Shown here piece after piece: positions 11,194-20,849 of a stretch of DNA of 40,000 nt. The DNA comes from Allochromatium vinosum DSM 180. GTDB taxonomy: Bacteria; Pseudomonadota; Gammaproteobacteria; Chromatiales; Chromatiaceae. The number at the start of each line of letters is the position of its first letter. Within the stretch, counting starts at the first letter, position 1. The stretch is taken from positions 743,154 to 783,153 of the forward strand of contig NC_013851.1 in NCBI RefSeq assembly GCF_000025485.1, given 5' to 3'. Under the pieces are notes generated by a model. It ran no database searches and was not told the origin of the DNA. It was given only the letters and a program-made list of their open reading frames with translations. A program made the position numbers and the translations under genes.

Positions 11194-11220
11194 AGGGATA
11201 GCGCACCGCGCGTAGCGCGG

Positions 11221-12570
11221 CTAGGCCGCCCGTCTCGCCTTCTCCGCGTCTGGTTTAGATTGAAAGGCGTAACCATAGCCGTCAGCGCGTTGAAGGACGC
11301 GGCAATGGCGATAGGAAATCCCCTGAACGGTGGCGTCCTGGGTCTGAATGTTGAACGCTCCGGTTCGGCGCACCGCCACGCGCCCGACATGCACGCCGGC
11401 CCTCTTCCCGGCGGGCACTTCGGCACGCACCCAATCGCCGGTCTGGAAGCCGTGGACGCGCTTTTCACGGATGAGGTAGCCGCGCGGAAAGCCGAAGCGA
11501 TCGAGACGCGTGCGACTGTAGGTGCCACGTCCGGTGGCCCGGATGGCCAGGACCGGGCGGTTCCAGTCGCGCACCTGATCGACGGCGCCAACACAGCTGG
11601 CATCCAAGGCGTGGGTCTTGGGGAGGTTCAAGCGGGAGCGGTTGAACTTGGTCCGTCCGCCGGAGCCGGTCTCGACGGGAAGCCCCTGAGCTTTCAGGGC
11701 CGCGAACAGCGCCCAGCGCGTGGCATTGACGGCGGCGGCGTCCTGGAGCGGCGCTTGGGCCTGCGCCTGGATCTGGCGCAGGAGCGCCGGTTGGCGTTTC
11801 AGAAAGTCCTCGATGGACTGGTTCCCCTTGCGCTGATTGCAGGCTCGGCAGGCGAGCGTCAGATTCGAGACCCGGTCCGAGCCGCCACGCGAGCGCGGCA
11901 CGATGTGCTCGATCTCCAGCGGTACGCCCGTTGCGCTGCAATAGGCACAGGTGCGGTGCCACTTCTCTAGCAGATATTCGCGCACTTCGTAACCGGCCAG
12001 TTCGCCCTGCTGATATTCGACCCCGCTGATCTCCGGGTTCTGCAGGGCTTGGGTGTCGAACCGCACCAATTCCTGACTGAGGGCGGTGATCGGCGCCAGC
12101 CGCCGCAGACGCTTCACCCAGTTGACGGTGCTCTCGACTCGATGCTGTACCGAGGGTGGGAGCCAGCCCGTGCGGCGGGTGCGATTCAGGAAGCGCGCGG
12201 CTCGGTAGCGGGTCTTGCGAGACCGACGCGCCCGGCGCAAGTGACGCCGTTGCCCCAGGGTCTCCCGGATCGCCTGACCGCGATGCGCCAGTTCCCCGAA
12301 CCACAGTCCATGCTCCAGGCGCTCGACCGCGCCCGTGTCCGCATCACAGGTCTCGGATTCGCGCACCAGCGCCAGCCCCGTGACGCGACTGCCCGGATCG
12401 AGCTTCAGGCGCAGTGGTTGAAGCGCCCCGCCGATCCGATCCTTCAGGCGAATCGTGAAGGGGGCCAGACGCACCACCACCGCGCGTCCGCGCTCCAGCA
12501 ACAGCCGCGCGCGTTTCTCCGTGCACGGCATCAGCGGATGTTTCTGTTTGTCGAGTACGAATACCGCCAT
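11221..12570 (-). CDS. iscB: IscB RNA-guided nuclease (PLMP + split RuvC + HNH)
   Basis: 449 aa from ATG 12570. PLMP domain (KQKHPLMPCTEKRARLLL), RuvC-I LKLDPGSRVTGLAL, arginine-rich bridge helix RRHLRRARRSRKTRYRAARF, HNH CAYC..EIEHIVPRSRGGSDRVSNLTLACRACNQRKGN, RuvC-III THALDASCVG, and the C-terminal GFQTGDWV..VGRVAVRRTGAFNIQ domain. Confidence 0.9.
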   Translation of the reverse strand: MAVFVLDKQKHPLMPCTEKRARLLLERGRAVVVRLAPFTIRLKDRIGGALQPLRLKLDPGSRVTGLALVRESETCDADTGAVERLEHGLWFGELAHRGQAIRETLGQRRHLRRARRSRKTRYRAARFLNRTRRTGWLPPSVQHRVESTVNWVKRLRRLAPITALSQELVRFDTQALQNPEISGVEYQQGELAGYEVREYLLEKWHRTCAYCSATGVPLEIEHIVPRSRGGSDRVSNLTLACRACNQRKGNQSIEDFLKRQPALLRQIQAQAQAPLQDAAAVNATRWALFAALKAQGLPVETGSGGRTKFNRSRLNLPKTHALDASCVGAVDQVRDWNRPVLAIRATGRGTYSRTRLDRFGFPRGYLIREKRVHGFQTGDWVRAEVPAGKRAGVHVGRVAVRRTGAFNIQTQDATVQGISYRHCRVLQRADGYGYAFQSKPDAEKARRAA

Positions 12571-12830
12571 TGGTCTGTTCCAAACGTCTGCCCTTACGGG
12601 CCTGGTGACGGAGCCTTGCGGCTCGCTCCCCTCGGGAATGTCTGCAACCGGCTCCCGCCTCGCGGCGGCGATCGGAACCTTCGGCGCTTTGCCTTTCGCC
12701 TGCATGACTCCGACCTTCCAGGGTCCGGGACTGAGGAAGCATCCCGGAGTGGGTCTCAACGACCTGTTGCAAACGCAGCGGATGTTCACCGCTGTCCCTG
12801 GTCAACCCGGCTCGTGAGTCGCCTCACAAG
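12571..12830 (-). ncRNA. Putative omega-RNA scaffold of the IscB element (extent approximate)
   Basis: About 260 nt of non-coding sequence directly upstream of iscB with many local hairpins on the minus strand (CAGCGG-TGAACAT-CCGCTG, GGAGC..GCTCC, GCCC-GTAA-GGGC). Position matches known IscB loci. No covariance model was run. Confidence 0.55.
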
Positions 12831-12850
12831 CCCCCGCCTTCAGGCGGGGG
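12831..12850 (-). repeat. Left-end subterminal hairpin of the IscB element
   Basis: Minus strand CCCCCGCC-TGAA-GGCGGGGG, a perfect 8-bp stem at the junction with receptor coding sequence. Confidence 0.6.
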
Positions 12851-13623
12851 TAGTTGACCGTCATCGACAGGCTCCGCTCGGGGTCTTCGAGTGAATACAC
12901 GCCACCCACCTGCGTGGTATTGGCGTCACCATAACGCACATGCACGCGGCGTGCCTGTTGCAGTGTGACGATGTTCACGACGCCCGAGAAGGCAAACTCG
13001 CCGTAGAGCGCCGAGCCTGGTCCGCGAATCACCTCGATCCGCTCCACCTGTTCGACCGGCATCTCATCGAATATGAGCACGGCACCGTCGCTGGTGTTCA
13101 TCGACACTGAGTCGATCAGAACCTTGACAGTGCCGGTACTGTTTCCCTGTCCTCTGATCGACAGCGTCATCTCCCCGGTCCCGTTTCGCTCGACCAGGAC
13201 GCCGGGGATCAGCGTCAGGGCATCCGCCACCGTGCGCACTCCCAGCGCGAGCATCTCGGCGCGATCCAGCACGGTCATGATGCCGGGGACATAGTCGACA
13301 TTGATACGGTTTTTGGTGGCCAGCTCCGTGGCCTCATCCAGGATGGCCAGCAGCTCGGCCTGTTGTCGATCGGATTGGTCGTCTTCCTGAGGCGTGAGGG
13401 TGGCATCGGCGGCTCGTAGGTTGGCGCCGGTCGCAACGCCGGCGCAGAGCGCGCTGACGGCGAGCGAGCGTCGCCAGCGGCCGACAAACGTGTCGATACT
13501 GAAGGGGATCGAAACCATAGCAACCTACGCTCTAAGGCGTTCCAGACAGTTGAACCCCAAGGCCCAAGCGGACTCAGGCAATCTTAGCAGTTTCCGCGTA
13601 TCGGCAATCGCTGCGCATAAGAA

Positions 13624-16600
13624 CGGCTCGTCCCCGCGAGCGCGGGGAACGGGATTCCTGGATGAGCCTTGTTTCGGTCCCAATCGGTTCATCCCCGCGA
13701 GCGCGGGGAACGGTGGGCGTCGACGCGATCGCGCCATTCGGTGTCCGGTTCATCCCCGCGAGCGCGGGGAACGGCGCACCCAGCCGAGGATGTATCGAGA
13801 AAAATCCGGTTCATCCCCGCGAGCGCGGGGAACGGCGCCAAGCGCCCACGGTCGGCCACATCTGGAACGGTTCATCCCCGCGAGCGCGGGGAACGGGGAA
13901 CCAAGATCCTCCGTGACGCGGACCCCGAAGGTTCATCCCCGCGAGCGCGGGGAACGGCCGGCGCGGGACTCGGCTCCACATCGATGGGGCGGTTCATCCC
14001 CGCGAGCGCGGGGAACGGTCGGTGCTGGACTCGGGAATATTCAGCGCGGTCGGTTCATCCCCGCGAGCGCGGGGAACGGTGCAGAGCGGTCACTGATTCT
14101 GGAACAGAGGGCGGTTCATCCCCGCGAGCGCGGGGAACGGTTCAGCGCGGTCTTGAACGCCTCGAATGTGATCGGTTCATCCCCGCGAGCGCGGGGAACG
14201 GGTGTACACCACCTTTTCTAAGTAAAACAAGCACGGTTCATCCCCGCGAGCGCGGGGAACGGTATTGTCAGACCCATCAGAAATAGACCATAGCCGGTTC
14301 ATCCCCGCGAGCGCGGGGAACGGCTCGACAGCAAGCGCTTCCTCTTCCAGCAGGACGGTTCATCCCCGCGAGCGCGGGGAACGGGACGGCAGGATAGTAC
14401 GATGCGCGATTTCGTCCGGTTCATCCCCGCGAGCGCGGGGAACGGCTGTGATGCGTCGTTTTTTATTCCTGATTTTACGGTTCATCCCCGCGAGCGCGGG
14501 GAACGGAGGTCAGAGCCGCGCAGGGCCAAATACGCGCGCGGTTCATCCCCGCGAGCGCGGGGAACGGGCGGCATCGGTGCCGTAGCCGGCCTCCAGCGCC
14601 GGTTCATCCCCGCGAGCGCGGGGAACGGGACATCACGCCGCCGATCTGCGTGCCGTCGAGCGGTTCATCCCCGCGAGCGCGGGGAACGGGGTCTGACGAA
14701 TGGTTTGAGGCCCGCTGCGGACGGTTCATCCCCGCGAGCGCGGGGAACGGCGCGCCAATTTGCACCGCGCAACGCCGGACGCCGGTTCATCCCCGCGAGC
14801 GCGGGGAACGGCCCCTTACGCGGCTTGGACGTATCCTCACAGCCGGTTCATCCCCGCGAGCGCGGGGAACGGTTATAGCGCGATGTGGCTCCAACGGCAT
14901 CGAGCGGTTCATCCCCGCGAGCGCGGGGAACGGTCGGACTGGGATTTGGGGATAAGGTCAAGAGGCGGTTCATCCCCGCGAGCGCGGGGAACGGAAGAGC
15001 CAGAAATCAAGGCCTAAATGCCGGTGCGGTTCATCCCCGCGAGCGCGGGGAACGGCAACCTGCGTCTAATCCTGGAGAATGACCCCGCGGTTCATCCCCG
15101 CGAGCGCGGGGAACGGGCGCCCTGGCCCGATTCCGGAGCCAGGCACCGACGGTTCATCCCCGCGAGCGCGGGGAACGGGTCATGCGCCGTCGGCACAGAC
15201 GAGAACGCTACGGTTCATCCCCGCGAGCGCGGGGAACGGGCGAGCGGTGCGCGGGTGCCGGTCTTGGTCGCCGGTTCATCCCCGCGAGCGCGGGGAACGG
15301 CAACTCTACGTTTGCAATTCGATTGCGCAATTCGGTTCATCCCCGCGAGCGCGGGGAACGGTATCTGTGAGGCCACTAGTCAACGACTAATCGCGGTTCA
15401 TCCCCGCGAGCGCGGGGAACGGGAGGTATTCATTCATTTTTGAATCGATCTGACCGGTTCATCCCCGCGAGCGCGGGGAACGGTTTTCTCGCTCATTGGT
15501 CGCCTCGTGACGCATCGGTTCATCCCCGCGAGCGCGGGGAACGGTTGTTCGCGGCCCTGCTCAAGAATGCGGGCCACGGTTCATCCCCGCGAGCGCGGGG
15601 AACGGTCTACATCGCCATGAAGGGCGCTAACATCCTGCGGTTCATCCCCGCGAGCGCGGGGAACGGCCGGACATGGATTACAGCGCACGGCGCAGCCACG
15701 GTTCATCCCCGCGAGCGCGGGGAACGGAGCCGTCTGCTGGGCCTGGGCGGTCTCAGGGGCGGTTCATCCCCGCGAGCGCGGGGAACGGTGAGCGGGAAAT
15801 TGGGTCACGGTGTCGCCGGACGGTTCATCCCCGCGAGCGCGGGGAACGGATTCGCGATCGGGCGCAAGAGGAGGCTGAGACCGGTTCATCCCCGCGAGCG
15901 CGGGGAACGGGCCCCGGATCTGGCCATGCAGCCGTATGCCTACGGTTCATCCCCGCGAGCGCGGGGAACGGATCACCTGCTCGGGTTCTGCGATTCCCCC
16001 ACCCGGTTCATCCCCGCGAGCGCGGGGAACGGCAGCCGCCCGCCGAAGGATTGATACAGGATAACGGTTCATCCCCGCGAGCGCGGGGAACGGTCCTGTT
16101 CCTCGTGGCTGGCGATGGCTGTGGCCGGTTCATCCCCGCGAGCGCGGGGAACGGAACGCCCTACAGCTCGCGCGGCAGAACGAGATCGGTTCATCCCCGC
16201 GAGCGCGGGGAACGGGAGGCCCTGCCTGCGTATCACGGTGGGCAGGGCGGTTCATCCCCGCGAGCGCGGGGAACGGGTGCCTTCGCCCGTCCAGCCGGTC
16301 CAGCCATGCGGTTCATCCCCGCGAGCGCGGGGAACGGAGCCGGGATCTTGACACCGCATTTGAGCAGATCGGTTCATCCCCGCGAGCGCGGGGAACGGGC
16401 GATAAAGCGCTTGTTCGCGCTGTTCGATACCGGTTCATCCCCGCGAGCGCGGGGAACGGTCACCCTGCGCTTCCTGATCCTGGAGTAAGGCCGGTTCATC
16501 CCCGCGAGCGCGGGGAACGGACAAACGAGGGCGCGGATACCGACCGCTGGATCGGTTCATCCCCGCGAGCGCGGGGAACGGCCGGGTCTTCAAACGTAGT

Positions 16601-19206
16601 GGAGCCAATAACACGGTTCATCCCCGCGAGCGCGGGGAACGGTCAGCCATGTCGGTCGTCAGATCCTGCAAATTCGGTTCATCCCCGCGAGCGCGGGGAA
16701 CGGCCGGGTCTTCAAACGTAGTGGAGCCAATAACACGGTTCATCCCCGCGAGCGCGGGGAACGGGTATTTGATGCGGTCGAATACCTATTCAATAAAGGT
16801 TCATCCCCGCGAGCGCGGGGAACGGACCTCTGAGCCGGGGTTAATGGTGCTCATGGCCGGTTCATCCCCGCGAGCGCGGGGAACGGACGGCACGCAGCGA
16901 GACATCTGCCTCCAGCACCGGTTCATCCCCGCGAGCGCGGGGAACGGCGGTAGGTCTCGTCGTCGAGACCCAGATCCTTCGGTTCATCCCCGCGAGCGCG
17001 GGGAACGGCCACGTATAGGAAGCGCGAAAATCAGGGCGCGCGGTTCATCCCCGCGAGCGCGGGGAACGGATGTTCGTGGTTTAGTGGGTAGGCATATTCA
17101 CCGGTTCATCCCCGCGAGCGCGGGGAACGGACCGTGGATCCGGTCGGACGCTGGCGATAGACCGGTTCATCCCCGCGAGCGCGGGGAACGGCCGCCCAGA
17201 CCGTCCAGGAGGCTCCTGGCGGCCGGTTCATCCCCGCGAGCGCGGGGAACGGGCTGAATCCCCGGATGATGGGGCGCGGGTCGCCGGTTCATCCCCGCGA
17301 GCGCGGGGAACGGACGCCGAACGGCTCTGGGCGTGCTCGGGTCGCCGGTTCATCCCCGCGAGCGCGGGGAACGGTTCACCGGAATCGGGAAAACGTCGGG
17401 ATCGACCGGTTCATCCCCGCGAGCGCGGGGAACGGGATCAGAGTAATCATGCGAGTGACGCCAACCGCGGTTCATCCCCGCGAGCGCGGGGAACGGTGTC
17501 TTATATCTCTAATTCGCAGTCCATTATGCGGTTCATCCCCGCGAGCGCGGGGAACGGACTTTGATATCCTGTCTTTATCATTAAAGAACCGGTTCATCCC
17601 CGCGAGCGCGGGGAACGGACGGCACGCAGCGAGACATCTGCCTCCAGCACCGGTTCATCCCCGCGAGCGCGGGGAACGGCGAGGACTGCAAGTCCTGGCT
17701 GCGCTCGCCGACGGTTCATCCCCGCGAGCGCGGGGAACGGGCAAGGTCCAGAGCACGAAAGAAATTAGGCGGCGGTTCATCCCCGCGAGCGCGGGGAACG
17801 GGAAATCCATTTCGGGCGAATCCAACGGGGCGTCGGTTCATCCCCGCGAGCGCGGGGAACGGAGCGATTTTTTCGATTCACTGCCGACTGTTTACGGTTC
17901 ATCCCCGCGAGCGCGGGGAACGGGGCAGCGAGTTCCTCGACGAGATGGTGCGCACCGGTTCATCCCCGCGAGCGCGGGGAACGGAACAAGGCTGATGCGA
18001 CCCGCGCGAAAGCGTTCGGTTCATCCCCGCGAGCGCGGGGAACGGTCGAGCAACCGCAGCGCGTTCGGGAACTGCGTCGGTTCATCCCCGCGAGCGCGGG
18101 GAACGGGGTGGCGCTGCTGTGCTATGACGAGCTGACGCACGGTTCATCCCCGCGAGCGCGGGGAACGGTGTCATTCCTCCCGCCCGGCGCAGTCATAAAG
18201 CGGTTCATCCCCGCGAGCGCGGGGAACGGCGGAGCAAGGCCGCAGTAGCCGCGACGGCGAGCGGTTCATCCCCGCGAGCGCGGGGAACGGACCGAATCCC
18301 CGACGACCCCAGGATCCCAAGACGGTTCATCCCCGCGAGCGCGGGGAACGGCGGCTGTCATCGCATTTATGGGTCTCAAGCGGCGGTTCATCCCCGCGAG
18401 CGCGGGGAACGGGTACGGACGCAGCGACTCTTGGTGGCGCTGTGCGGTTCATCCCCGCGAGCGCGGGGAACGGTTGTATCTATCTGAGTAGGTGTTCCAA
18501 TGAACCGGTTCATCCCCGCGAGCGCGGGGAACGGCTGTCCTGATGTCGGCGACTCGGGACTCTGAACGGTTCATCCCCGCGAGCGCGGGGAACGGCTAAA
18601 AGCATCCCGAGGGAGCGTATAAGGCCGCGGTTCATCCCCGCGAGCGCGGGGAACGGAGCGTCAGCCGCTCCGCGATGGCTAGTCCAGGCGGTTCATCCCC
18701 GCGAGCGCGGGGAACGGGCGCCGGGCGTGCGATCGATCTCGTCAAATATCGGTTCATCCCCGCGAGCGCGGGGAACGGCTCCCCAAACCACCGCCAGAAG
18801 TTCCTCACCCCGGTTCATCCCCGCGAGCGCGGGGAACGGGCCAACAATCCAGCCACCATCACTAGCGCTCGCGGTTCATCCCCGCGAGCGCGGGGAACGG
18901 TTCCCAGGTTTGGCGTGTTTTTCCCTGGCTTTCGGTTCATCCCCGCGAGCGCGGGGAACGGGGGGCGGGCGTCTGTAGATTGGGCCGCGTCAGCGGTTCA
19001 TCCCCGCGAGCGCGGGGAACGGGTTTACCGACAAGCCCCCGGACATGCGAATCAACGGTTCATCCCCGCGAGCGCGGGGAACGGGCGTGTTTTTCCCCGG
19101 CTCTCTTCGGCGTGCACGGTTCATCCCCGCGAGCGCGGGGAACGGGGAGTTCTGCCAATAATTGTGGTGGAACCTGTCGGTTCATCCCCGCGAGCGCGGG
19201 GAACGG
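13624..19206 (-). CRISPR. Type I-E CRISPR array, 92 repeats / 91 spacers
   Basis: 29-bp repeat CGGTTCATCCCCGCGAGCGCGGGGAACGG on the plus strand. Its transcribed form CCGTTCCCCGCGCTCGCGGGGATGAACCG closely resembles the E. coli I-E repeat. 88 spacers of 32 nt and 3 of 33 nt. Degenerate terminal repeat at 13624-13652 (CGGCTCGTCC...). Leader and cas2 lie on the 19207 side, so transcription is on the minus strand. Confidence 0.98.
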
Positions 19207-19308
19207 ACTTCCCATACTTGCCTGATCTAGAAAAAGAAATCAGACGCTGAGAAATCTACCAACAAAATGCCTCTTTTCAAAGGGGCACGATTTTGATTGT
19301 CAAAGAAC
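19207..19308 (-). promoter_or_regulatory. CRISPR leader (AT-rich) with candidate promoter TTGAAA-16-TAGATT
   Basis: 102-bp AT-rich segment between the cas2 stop and the first repeat. Minus-strand TTGAAA (19275-19280) and TAGATT (19253-19258) are 16 nt apart. The promoter assignment is tentative. Confidence 0.6.
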
Positions 19309-20497
<1,189 letters not shown>

Positions 20498-20554
20498 GGC
20501 ATTCGGCCGTGTTGGTACCTCTCGCGTTATGGAGTAGCTCGACTGGAGAAAGGA

Positions 20555-20767
20555 TCAGGCCGCGATCTCGATGTAGTCGACCTGACTGGTCGGCGTTGGC
20601 ACCGGCAAGCCATCTTCTCGCAGACCTTCCAGATGAAACGCGATCGCTTCCCGAATCTCCCGCTCGGTCTCCTCCAGGGTGCGCCCGGTAGCGATGCACC
20701 CTGGCAGATCGGGGACATAGGCCGAGTAGTTATGCTCTGCTCGTTCGATCACGATGGCGTAACGCAT
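20555..20767 (-). CDS. hicB: HicB-family antitoxin-like protein (short form, no DNA-binding domain)
   Basis: 70 aa from ATG 20767. MRYAIVIERAEHNYSAYVPDLPGCIATGRTLEETEREIREAIAFHLEGL is the HicB/UPF0150 N-terminal fold pattern. Inserted between cas6e and cas1. Confidence 0.8.
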   Translation of the reverse strand: MRYAIVIERAEHNYSAYVPDLPGCIATGRTLEETEREIREAIAFHLEGLREDGLPVPTPTSQVDYIEIAA

Positions 20768-20778
20768 TGTCGCGGCCC

Positions 20779-20849
20779 TCATTTCCAACCGGCTTGTTTG
20801 TAATACTGCTCACCGTGCCTGGAGCCAAGTCGTCGCTCGACTTGCCCGG
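20779..20849 (-). pseudogene. HicA toxin C-terminal remnant (truncated and frameshifted)
   Basis: Directly after the cas6e stop, two frames together read PGKSSDDLAPGTVSS / YYKQAGWK*. This resembles the HicA C-terminus (..GKDLKPGTLRSILKQAGL). The stop is 11 nt before the hicB ATG. No N-terminal part exists. Confidence 0.45.

Larger units (their letters stand above)
11160..12850 (-). mobile_element. IscB-only (TnpA-less) IS200/IS605-type OMEGA element; boundaries approximate (+/- 20 bp)
   Basis: Interrupts the receptor ORF between ..SMTVNY and LMNLAGWDSHG... Similar subterminal hairpins with the same TGAA loop at both ends. No target duplication visible. Contains iscB plus a structured upstream non-coding region. 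Confidence 0.7.
8085..13518 (-). pseudogene. TonB-dependent outer-membrane receptor, disrupted by two mobile elements and one frameshift
   Basis: Signal peptide + plug domain at 12851-13518 (..IEVIRGPGSALYGE..). Barrel pieces at 10978-11159, 8296-9371 and 8085-8324. The frame is restored if 1613 bp (IS + one TSD copy) and about 1690 bp (IscB element) are removed. An additional frame change lies within 8296-8324. Confidence 0.85.

Noticed and set aside
12049-12894. 281-aa plus-strand ORF and other ORFs overlapping iscB (11119-11970, 11465-12304, 12344-12805)
   Set aside because: They are antisense to, or out of frame with, an IscB ORF that has all its catalytic motifs. Their composition is Arg/Pro-rich, typical of wrong-frame GC-rich sequence.
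15789-15820. 10-nt identity (GAAATTGGGT) between main-array spacer 36 and the 3' end of the pseudo-spacer
   Set aside because: A 10-nt match among 91 spacers compared on both strands is not far from chance expectation. It also lies in the PAM-distal part with no functional logic.
13394-19250. Dozens of plus-strand ORFs across the array with recurring peptides SSPRARGT / FIPASAGNG / VHPRERGER
   Set aside because: They are translations of the 29-bp CRISPR repeat in three frames, joined by stop-free spacers. The periodic 61-nt structure explains them completely, so they are not genes.
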